Assembly (NCBI RefSeq): GCF_007748075.1
Contig: NZ_CP036280.1
Coordinates: 2,280,001 to 2,312,000, forward strand
DNA: 32,000 bases
Direction: 5' to 3'
DNA from: Mucisphaera calidilacus
Lineage (GTDB): Bacteria; Planctomycetota; Phycisphaerae; Phycisphaerales; Phycisphaeraceae
Position 1 is the first letter of the stretch, and each line of letters opens with the position of its first letter. The notes under the pieces were generated by a model that was not told the origin of the DNA, did not search any database, and was given only the letters and a program-made list of their open reading frames with translations. Below are positions 1 to 6,678 of the stretch, piece by piece. The position numbers and the translations under genes were made by a program.

Positions 1-709
1 CATCAAGGTCAACACGCAGCCGTTCGCCGAGCCTTGTGAAGCGCGCCTCGGGCAAGCGCATCGGATCGCCGATGGCCTCGGCGGTATAGGGTGACAGCAC
101 GAACGCGGGCGACATCGGGTGATCCGCAAGCTCGCGGTCGCTTGGCAACGCGACCACGCCGCGATCACCTACACGCGTAAGCGTTGTCTCGATCACCTGG
201 GCGCTGTACGCCGAGATGTGCGGTGCTCCGCTGAACATCCCGCCCCCGAACCCCGTGTCGTTCACGCGAACTGCAAGACGATTCACACCCTCGCGCAGCA
301 GGCCCGCCTTGAGCCGATAGCGACGCTCCTCATCCCATGCCGAGGCGCTGCCGTCGATCTTGCCCATCCCGCCGATGCGATCGCCGTTGAGGAAGGTCTC
401 GTCGGCATCGTCGATACGCCCGAGATGCAGCCAGATCACCTCCTGCCCGACCAGCTTCGCCGACGCCTCAAACTCCAGGAAGTACCACCCGAAACCGTCC
501 ATTTCCGGATACCCCGCCGCCTCCCACGCCATGCCCACCTCGATCGGCACACGCTCCGCGGGCGGCTGCGTGGACCACGACGGATCGTCACCCGCCATGA
601 ACGTCCACCCGTCCGACAGGTCGTACCGCTCGGCCTGCCCCCACGCAGGCAACACGGCGCCCAGCAGCACCAGCACGCACCCAACCAGCCGCACGAAAAC
701 CCCTGGCAT
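1..709 (-). CDS. Secreted protein with galactose-binding-like (GH2 N-terminal sugar-binding type) domain; N-terminus in window, 3' end runs off the left edge
   Basis: Absent from the ORF track because it has no in-window stop. The reverse strand has ATG at 709-707 preceded by GGAGG (719-715, 5-nt spacer). My translation is MPGVFVRLVGCVLVLLGAVLPAWGQAERYDLSDGWTFMAGDD...GFGWYFLEFEASAKLVGQEVIWLHLGRIDDADETFLNGDRIGGMG...NRLAVRVNDTGFGGGMF, and it stays open to position 1. It shows a signal peptide followed by the W-x-F / GWY / G-x-x-DD...NG pattern of GH2_N-type jelly rolls. Track ORF 119..814 (+) is its Arg/Pro/His-rich antisense shadow. Confidence 0.6.
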   Translation of the reverse strand, partial: MPGVFVRLVGCVLVLLGAVLPAWGQAERYDLSDGWTFMAGDDPSWSTQPPAERVPIEVGMAWEAAGYPEMDGFGWYFLEFEASAKLVGQEVIWLHLGRIDDADETFLNGDRIGGMGKIDGSASAWDEERRYRLKAGLLREGVNRLAVRVNDTGFGGGMFSGAPHISAYSAQVIETTLTRVGDRGVVALPSDRELADHPMSPAFVLSPYTAEAIGDPMRLPEARFTRLGERLRVDLD

Positions 710-791
710 CCGAACCTCCGATCCTCAAGAGATCACCGAAGACCGAAAGCTACCCCCCGCCCACCGGAACGACAAGTGAACGGCCTGACCG

Positions 792-1556
792 TCACGCCAC
801 GAGGTTTGCCTTGATGTAGTCGAAGCTCCGCTTCGCCGCGACAAACGGGTCATCGTCGGCCCAGTCGCGGTCCTGCTCGACGACGAACCATTCGCAGCCC
901 GACGCCTCGGCGACGCGGATGACCTCGGCGAAATCGATGTTGCCGTCGCCGACGGAGGCCATTTTCACGGTGTTGTTGTCCAGGACCGTGTAGTCCTTGA
1001 GGTGGATCACCGGCAGGCGTCCCTTGCACTTGCCGCACCAGCCCGCCGGGCTGCCCCCGCCGAACTGCACCCAGTAGGTGTCCAGCTCGAACCCGAGGTC
1101 CGGGTTGGCGTCAAAGAGCAGTTCCATCGCGTTGACCCCGCCGTAGTTCACGAATTCCAGCGCGTGGTTGTGGTAGCTGAGCCGCAGTCCGGCTTCTTTG
1201 AACGCGTCGGCCGACACCGCCAGCTTCGCTGCCAGTTCGCGGTATCCCGCCTCGGTGTGCTCGATCGACGGGAACGGATAGGCCGTGTCGATGCAGCCGA
1301 AGGTCTTGAGCTTGTCAAAGAGCGACGCGGGGTCCGAGAGGATCGTCTTGGAATCCTCGTGCGTTGCGCAGATGACCAGTCCGTTGTCGTCGCAGATCTT
1401 GCGGACGTCATCGGGTGCGATGGGCCCGATCGCGCTGATCTGGACCGCCTTGTAGCCGATCGCCGCTGTCTTCTTCATCGCCTCGGCAAAGTCCGCCTCG
1501 GTCTTGCAATGGTCGCGAATCGTGTAGCACTGCAGGGCAACCTGATCAATCTTCAT
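792..1556 (-). CDS. Sugar phosphate isomerase/epimerase family protein (xylose-isomerase-like TIM barrel)
   Basis: 254-aa ORF. ATG at 1556 is preceded by GGAG (GGAGATGATGAC-ATG). Sequence MKIDQVALQCYTIRD...LSYHNHALEF...GFELDTYW...IHLKD...VVEQD matches the metal-ligand-bearing strands typical of the AP_endonuc_2 / xylose isomerase-like fold. GC3 bias fits this frame. Confidence 0.85.
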   Translation of the reverse strand: MKIDQVALQCYTIRDHCKTEADFAEAMKKTAAIGYKAVQISAIGPIAPDDVRKICDDNGLVICATHEDSKTILSDPASLFDKLKTFGCIDTAYPFPSIEHTEAGYRELAAKLAVSADAFKEAGLRLSYHNHALEFVNYGGVNAMELLFDANPDLGFELDTYWVQFGGGSPAGWCGKCKGRLPVIHLKDYTVLDNNTVKMASVGDGNIDFAEVIRVAEASGCEWFVVEQDRDWADDDPFVAAKRSFDYIKANLVA

Positions 1557-1583
1557 GTCATCATCTCCAGACGTTCAACAGAC

Positions 1584-2768
1584 TCAGAACGAGGCGTTCA
1601 TGTCGTCACGGGCACGAACGGTTTCCTTCTTCACAAAACGACTCGAAGCGATCCGCTCCTCGAGCAGACGCGTGTATTCATCGGCCGGCACGGGCAGCAC
1701 GGCCGTCTGATCCGTCCACGCCGAGTAGAGCATCGCGTTGGCGAGTTCGACCCCATGAATCCCCTCGACACCCGGTCCCAGCAGTGGCTCCTCGGCGAGG
1801 ATCGCCGCGACGAAGTTCTTGCAGATCCCCTTGTGCTGCTCGCCCTTGCCCGAGACGGGAATGGTGACGTCCCAGTGCTCCGGTCCCTTGAATCGCTCGG
1901 GCGTCGTCGCGTTGTGCTCCGAGACCGGCACCTCCGTGCGCAGGAAGCGGAACCCGCCGCCGGCGTCGCGGCTTGTATCGATCACCACCTTGCCGCGGTC
2001 GCAGGCGACTTCCAGCCGGTTCGACCCCGGGAACTCGCCCGTGGAGGCGATGAACGTTCCGGTCATGCCGTCCTCGTATTCCATGTACGCCGTCACGCGG
2101 TCCTCGACCTCGATGTCGTGATCGGCCCCGAACTGGGCGAACGCGCGCACCTTGCTCGGCATCCCGAAGAGCCACTGCCAGAGGTCAAGCTGGTGCGGGC
2201 ACTGGTTGACCAGCACGCCGCCGCCCTCGCCCGCCCACGTCGCGCGCCAGCCGCCTGAGCGATAGTACGCCTCACTGCGGAACCAGTCGGTGATGATCCA
2301 GCTGACCCGCTGAATCGTCCCCAGTTCGCCATCGCGGATCATGGATCGCAGTTTGGCGTAGGTCGGGCTAGTGCGCTGGTTGAACATGACCCCGAAGACC
2401 TGCTCCGCCCGGGGCCGTGCCTCGTGTGCGTCGAGAATCCGCTTCGCCTCGGCCGTCGTCACCGCGAGCGGCTTCTCGACCAGCACGTGCAGACCAGCCT
2501 GCAGCGCCTCGACCGCGAGGTCCACGTGGGCGTAGTGGGGCACGGCCACCACCACGGCATCCACGACGCCGCTGGCGATCATCGCTGAGGCCTGCTCGAA
2601 GGTTTCGACCTGCGAGAACCCGGCCAGAGCCGATGCGTCGATGTCACACACCGCGGTCAGCGTTGCGCCGGGGACATCGCCTTGCGCGATCATTGTTGCG
2701 TGTGCCGCGCCCATACTCCCGACGCCGACCACACCTACACGGACCTGATCCTGCTTCTGTTTCGACAC
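1584..2768 (-). CDS. Gfo/Idh/MocA family NAD(P)-dependent oxidoreductase
   Basis: 394-aa ORF. GTG start at 2768 is preceded by AGGAGA with a 7-nt spacer. N-terminal Rossmann motif VRVGVVGVGSMGAAH, then AVVVAVPHYAHVDLAVEALQAGLHVLVEKPLA (the EKP motif of the family). No signal or Tat leader. Confidence 0.9.
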   Translation of the reverse strand: MSKQKQDQVRVGVVGVGSMGAAHATMIAQGDVPGATLTAVCDIDASALAGFSQVETFEQASAMIASGVVDAVVVAVPHYAHVDLAVEALQAGLHVLVEKPLAVTTAEAKRILDAHEARPRAEQVFGVMFNQRTSPTYAKLRSMIRDGELGTIQRVSWIITDWFRSEAYYRSGGWRATWAGEGGGVLVNQCPHQLDLWQWLFGMPSKVRAFAQFGADHDIEVEDRVTAYMEYEDGMTGTFIASTGEFPGSNRLEVACDRGKVVIDTSRDAGGGFRFLRTEVPVSEHNATTPERFKGPEHWDVTIPVSGKGEQHKGICKNFVAAILAEEPLLGPGVEGIHGVELANAMLYSAWTDQTAVLPVPADEYTRLLEERIASSRFVKKETVRARDDMNASF

Positions 2769-2956
2769 CGTTGAGTCTCCTGTTGCCTACAAGCTACCGA
2801 ATCCGCCCCTTCTTTTGTGGCCACGGCGGGATGCCGATCAGGCCAAACCTACATAGCCACCCACCCCTCCCGTTTACCCAGACCCCCAGACCAACGTACA
2901 ATCGGACCGTTCGATCACCTGTCCGGATGTGTCACACCATTCCCTGGAGACCTGAG

Positions 2957-3532
2957 ATGCTGCTCAAGTACCGCGCCGGTTGTTTTCTTCTGATGGCCCT
3001 GTGCCTGCTCGTCGTTGGCTGTCAGTCCACCTCGATGTCGTCCGTGCCGCCGGAGATGGCGGACATTCAGATCCAGACCGAGACCAACCCGCGTGTGAAT
3101 CTCTCCGGCTACAGCACCTACGCGTGGGGCGGTGCGGCGGCGGCACTCCACGATCCCGACGACATGTGGACGCCCCCGGGCTACGACGTGGGCCGCGTGA
3201 GTGTGATGCTCATCGAGAAGCAGCTGACTGATCTCGGGCTGACCAAAGCCAGTCAGGACCCCGACATGCTCATTTTCTTCGCGATCGGCGTGGACATGAA
3301 GTCTCTGGGGCTTGAGACCTCGGAGAACCCCGATGCCACGCTCGTGGAGACGCCGGCTGGCGGGCTGCTTGTCATCGCGGCGGACCCGGGCACGCGTCAG
3401 GTCATGTGGGCCGGCGTCGCTGTCGCTGAGCTTCTTGATGAATCTGAACGAACCCCGGAGCTTGCTCAGAAGCGCATGCACTACGCCGTCGGTGAGATCT
3501 TCAAGAGTTGGCCGGCGAAGCCGAAATCCTGA
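2957..3532 (+). CDS. Small lipoprotein, DUF4136-like
   Basis: Track ORF 2417..3532 has a Pro/Arg-rich 5' extension that overlaps the oxidoreductase. I start at the in-frame ATG 2957, preceded by GGAG (2946-2949). MLLKYRAGCFLLMALCLLVVGCQSTS gives a signal peptide plus lipobox VVGC. The size (191 aa) and YSTYAWGG...MLIFFAIGVD pattern resemble DUF4136, recalled from memory only. Confidence 0.55.
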   Translation: MLLKYRAGCFLLMALCLLVVGCQSTSMSSVPPEMADIQIQTETNPRVNLSGYSTYAWGGAAAALHDPDDMWTPPGYDVGRVSVMLIEKQLTDLGLTKASQDPDMLIFFAIGVDMKSLGLETSENPDATLVETPAGGLLVIAADPGTRQVMWAGVAVAELLDESERTPELAQKRMHYAVGEIFKSWPAKPKS

Positions 3533-3640
3533 TCTATCGAGCTAACGTCTTTTCATGACTTGAGTTGTTGCCTAATTATTCAGGCCGGTTAAACTTTATC
3601 CGTATTCACCGCCTAGCGTAGATTGACATAGACACCACCC

Positions 3641-3657
3641 GCAGGGACACCCCCTGC
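3641..3657 (+). other. Short GC hairpin in the 5' leader of the 3681 gene
   Basis: GCAGGG-acacc-CCCTGC: a perfect 6-bp stem with a 5-nt loop, 24 nt upstream of ATG 3681. It lies inside a visibly lower-GC intergenic stretch (3533-3680). Confidence 0.3.
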
Positions 3658-3680
3658 CTCGCATTCAGAAGGGATTAGCG

Positions 3681-4922
3681 ATGAAGATTCGGTCGTACAC
3701 CGCGCTCGCAGCAGCGCTCGCACTCGTAGCCGCCTCCGGCTGTTCCAGCACCACCAAGAGTTCCTCCCAGCAACTCGTCAGCAGCAAAGTCGTCTCGGAG
3801 TGGTCCAAGACCATCAACAGCGTCGGCTACGTCACCGTCCTGCCACTCAATGAGGACGTCCGCGTCGGCGACATGTACGCCTACACCAGCAACCCCGAAG
3901 CCGGTCAGGTCGTCGGACGCAGCGCCAACGAACTCTCCCTCGAGAAGGGAACCATGCGATGGGCTTCGGTACCCGTCATCGAATCTATCAAAGCCGAATA
4001 TCAGGACCGGAAGCGCTTCGCCGAGACTCCGGTTGCGGGCGCGGGAAACAGTCTGATGGGTACCGAGACGGATAATGACCTCCGCAACATCGGCTTCGGC
4101 TCCGTCTCCTCCATCACCTTCAGTGGCGATCAGGTCGGCGGACTTATCCCCACCGAAGCGACCGACCTCTCGGCCAACACCTCATGGCAGGACGCCTACG
4201 CCGTCACTCTCCGCATCGCAGACGCCGACACCTACGGTCTCTCGCTGTCTGCCCTGCTTGAGCAAATGGTCGAAGTAACGCCCGAAGGCGTCCTCCTCGC
4301 ACAACCCTACCGAAACCAGCTCAATCTCCTCGCACCGCACGGCGCCCAGAAGATCTACCTCCGCGTCGTCGGCGAGGTCGCCTACATCCGCGCGATCGAT
4401 ATTGCCGTCCAGCTTGGCCCGTCGCCCGAGGAGCAGGAGGAGATCGACAAGCAGCAGGCCGAGGCTGAAAAGAAGGAACAGAAAGAACAGAAGGAACTCG
4501 AGAAGCAACGCCAAGCCGTCGCCAAGGAGCTGGAACGCATCGCTAAGGAAGAAGCGAAGCGTGCCGAGGCGGAGGGCCGCGAGCCGGAACTCGTCATGCC
4601 CGAGATGCCCGAGGCGGCTCCCGAACCCGCGCCGCCCACCTACGAAGAACTCGAGATGATGCGTGAGCAGGTGATCGCCGACACCATCGCGCCCTTCGAG
4701 TGGGCACGCAGCATCAACGAGAGCATCCTCGAGAACCAGCTCGGCACCCTGCCCGAGGGCCAGCTCAAGTTCATCAGCATGTCCGAAGACTCCGTCGCCA
4801 TGCGCAAGTATTTCACGCGTCCGATGGCCTTCGCGGCGCGCGGGCTCACGCTCGAGGTCGAGGTTTCCACCGGGCGTGTCAGCCGCATGACCGCCATGGG
4901 CTCGCCCTTCGGCAACTTCTGA
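3681..4922 (+). CDS. Lipoprotein of unknown function with central Glu/Lys-rich coiled-coil and Pro-rich linker
   Basis: 413-aa ORF. ATG is preceded by AAGGGA. MKIRSYTALAAALALVAASGCSS gives a signal peptide plus lipobox Cys. A globular region of about 240 aa is followed by EEQEEIDKQQAEAEKKEQKEQKELEKQRQAVAKELERIAKEEAKRAEAEGRE, then PEMPEAAPEPAPP, then a C-terminal domain of about 95 aa. I recognise no family. Confidence 0.75.
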   Translation: MKIRSYTALAAALALVAASGCSSTTKSSSQQLVSSKVVSEWSKTINSVGYVTVLPLNEDVRVGDMYAYTSNPEAGQVVGRSANELSLEKGTMRWASVPVIESIKAEYQDRKRFAETPVAGAGNSLMGTETDNDLRNIGFGSVSSITFSGDQVGGLIPTEATDLSANTSWQDAYAVTLRIADADTYGLSLSALLEQMVEVTPEGVLLAQPYRNQLNLLAPHGAQKIYLRVVGEVAYIRAIDIAVQLGPSPEEQEEIDKQQAEAEKKEQKEQKELEKQRQAVAKELERIAKEEAKRAEAEGREPELVMPEMPEAAPEPAPPTYEELEMMREQVIADTIAPFEWARSINESILENQLGTLPEGQLKFISMSEDSVAMRKYFTRPMAFAARGLTLEVEVSTGRVSRMTAMGSPFGNF

Positions 4923-4969
4923 TTCAACCCGATCACGCGATGAATCAGACGCGTCAATCATGACTTCAG

Positions 4970-5006
4970 GCACGGCCCACGCTGAATACAACAGTGTGGG
5001 CCGTGC
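4970..5006 (+). other. Intercistronic stem-loop (11-bp perfect stem)
   Basis: GCACGGCCCAC (4970-4980), a 15-nt loop, then GTGGGCCGTGC (4996-5006). It sits 48 nt after stop 4922 and ends 5 nt before the GGAG (5012-5015) that serves ATG 5025. No T-tract follows. Confidence 0.5.
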
Positions 5007-5024
5007 ACGTTGGAGACACACACC

Positions 5025-5693
5025 ATGCCCGCTCGATGGCCCTGTCTTGCCCTGCTCCTGACGCTGCTGCTTGGTGCCCGTGCTCACGCGCAGGCTGCCG
5101 TCACCATCGATCCGCTCCAGTCAAGGACCGGCTACGTCGCCACCCTGCTCATCAACGAGGTGCCGTTCCCTGGCGAACGCCGTTGGGTCAGTGAGTCTGA
5201 CACCAAGAACGCCATGCTCGCCATCCTCTGGGTCCTCCACGGACGGATCGAGCTCGTCCCCGACGGCTACCGGCAGGTCGACCTCGCCACCGTCACCACC
5301 GACGACGTCCGCGAGGTCATCTCTGCCGGAGGTGTCCACGGCCAGTGTGAGGGCTTCTACAAGGAGGCCGATCGGTTCGTCGTTGTCGACCGCGTTCAGG
5401 AGCGACGCGACTACCTCGCCGGCATCGCCAACAAGGGCGAGCCCGGACGCTTCGCACGCATCATGAACTACGCCATCGATCTCGCCAGCGCCTACGACGA
5501 CGGAGGCATCGAGGGCGCCGACCGATTCGCCAAACTCCGGACCATCGACGGCACGCCCGTCACCGGCCGAGCCTACTCCTGGATGACCGACGAGGACATC
5601 TACCACCCGGGCGGCAATTACGTCCGCATCCCCGATGAACATCAGGGCGGCATGGGCGCCAACCGCTTCTTCACGCTGAGAGAACTCCCATGA
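5025..5693 (+). CDS. Secreted hypothetical protein (possible remote SleB-like cell-wall hydrolase fold)
   Basis: The track starts at TTG 5010. I prefer in-frame ATG 5025, which has GGAG 9 nt upstream. MPARWPCLALLLTLLLGARAHAQA is a signal peptide. Its stop overlaps the next start (ATGA at 5690-5693). Confidence 0.7.
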   Translation: MPARWPCLALLLTLLLGARAHAQAAVTIDPLQSRTGYVATLLINEVPFPGERRWVSESDTKNAMLAILWVLHGRIELVPDGYRQVDLATVTTDDVREVISAGGVHGQCEGFYKEADRFVVVDRVQERRDYLAGIANKGEPGRFARIMNYAIDLASAYDDGGIEGADRFAKLRTIDGTPVTGRAYSWMTDEDIYHPGGNYVRIPDEHQGGMGANRFFTLRELP

Positions 5694-6568
5694 TCCGCAC
5701 CATCACCGCCACCCTGATCGCCCTGCTGGTCCTCGCCGGCAGCGTAGCGGCTCAACCCCGCCCCTCTGGCCTCGTCGACGGCCTTGAGCCCGCCGACCCC
5801 AAGTATCTCTCGGAGGTCACGCGACACCTCTACCGCTGGTACCTCGACGAGAACGACGTCCTTCCGAGCATGAAACGGGGCCGATTCCTCTTCTGGGTCC
5901 ACGAAACTCAGCAGCGTCTCGACGAGAACGACAACAGCCGCTTCGCCGAGATCACGCTCCCCGACATCGGCATCAAGGTTTCGGTCAAGAAGGCCGACTA
6001 CGCCATCCCCGAGCTCGAGCTCGAAGTCCGGAGCGACGCCTTCCGCATCACCCACGTCGCCCGGATCAAGCCCTCGGCCGAAAAGCCGGCCGACGCCGAG
6101 GCGGTCGAGATCAAGTACGTCGAGCTGCGTGACTACCTCTTCAAGACACGCAACCAGATCACCCCGCCCGACGATTTCGTCCTCGTCAAACTCCGACAGG
6201 CCGCGGGCGAGTACACCTACCGATACCTCGTCAAGAACAACCTCCAAAGGCCCGACAGCGCCACCATCCACCTGGGTCCCGTGTCGCCTGTCGCGAACGA
6301 GACCTGGGCCTATTGGGAAGAGGGCCGTGTGCTCTACCGCTTCAGCTCGGACATGCCCATCGACATCGAGGACTTCTGGGAGCACGCCGAGCTCGCCGTT
6401 GATCTCTATAGCATCGAGGACCAGGTCGTCGCATCGCTCGACGAGGTCGCGGGCAGCAACGCCTATCTCACACGCGATCACGTCGGGCGCGTCCTCTTTA
6501 ACTGCCTGGTCTTCGGCCGACGCGTCGAGGTCACCAACCCAAACCCCCTCGATAACCCAGAACCCTGA
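5690..6568 (+). CDS. Secreted hypothetical protein
   Basis: 292-aa ORF translationally coupled to the upstream gene (ATGA). MIRTITATLIALLVLAGSVAAQP is a signal peptide. Codon bias is coding-like. I recognise no family. Confidence 0.7.
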   Translation: MIRTITATLIALLVLAGSVAAQPRPSGLVDGLEPADPKYLSEVTRHLYRWYLDENDVLPSMKRGRFLFWVHETQQRLDENDNSRFAEITLPDIGIKVSVKKADYAIPELELEVRSDAFRITHVARIKPSAEKPADAEAVEIKYVELRDYLFKTRNQITPPDDFVLVKLRQAAGEYTYRYLVKNNLQRPDSATIHLGPVSPVANETWAYWEEGRVLYRFSSDMPIDIEDFWEHAELAVDLYSIEDQVVASLDEVAGSNAYLTRDHVGRVLFNCLVFGRRVEVTNPNPLDNPEP

Positions 6569-6678
6569 GCTGGGCCCCCGAGAACCGGACCCGCACAGCA
6601 CTCGCACGGGAAACGCTATAGTGGGTTCGTAACGGACTCACGGGTCCTGAATCGATAACACGCCACCGGAGGCCTGCC

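Noticed and set aside
119-814. 231-aa + strand ORF at the left end
   Set aside because: Arg/Pro/His-rich low-complexity translation with wrong-phase GC3. It is antisense to a much better minus-strand gene (1..709) that has a signal peptide, an SD and a recognisable sugar-binding domain.
1002-2258. 418-aa + strand ORF spanning two minus-strand genes
   Set aside because: Antisense shadow of the isomerase and oxidoreductase genes. The translation is Arg/Val/Asp-rich with no motifs, and it crosses an intergenic gap.
2417-2956. 5' extension of the DUF4136-like lipoprotein ORF
   Set aside because: Arg/Pro-rich and overlapping the oxidoreductase gene on the other strand. ATG 2957 has an SD and starts a proper lipoprotein signal peptide.
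3623-3628. TTGACA hexamer as a -35 box for the 3681 gene
   Set aside because: No acceptable -10 hexamer lies 16-19 nt downstream (the sequence there is GC-rich). Planctomycetal promoter consensus is also uncertain, so I do not call a promoter.
3681-4400. Resemblance of GYVTVLPLNEDVRVGDMY in the lipoprotein to the N-terminal motif of bacterial gasdermins
   Set aside because: This is only a short motif recalled from memory. The protein has a Sec/lipoprotein signal, whereas gasdermins are cytoplasmic until activated. No protease or defence gene is adjacent.
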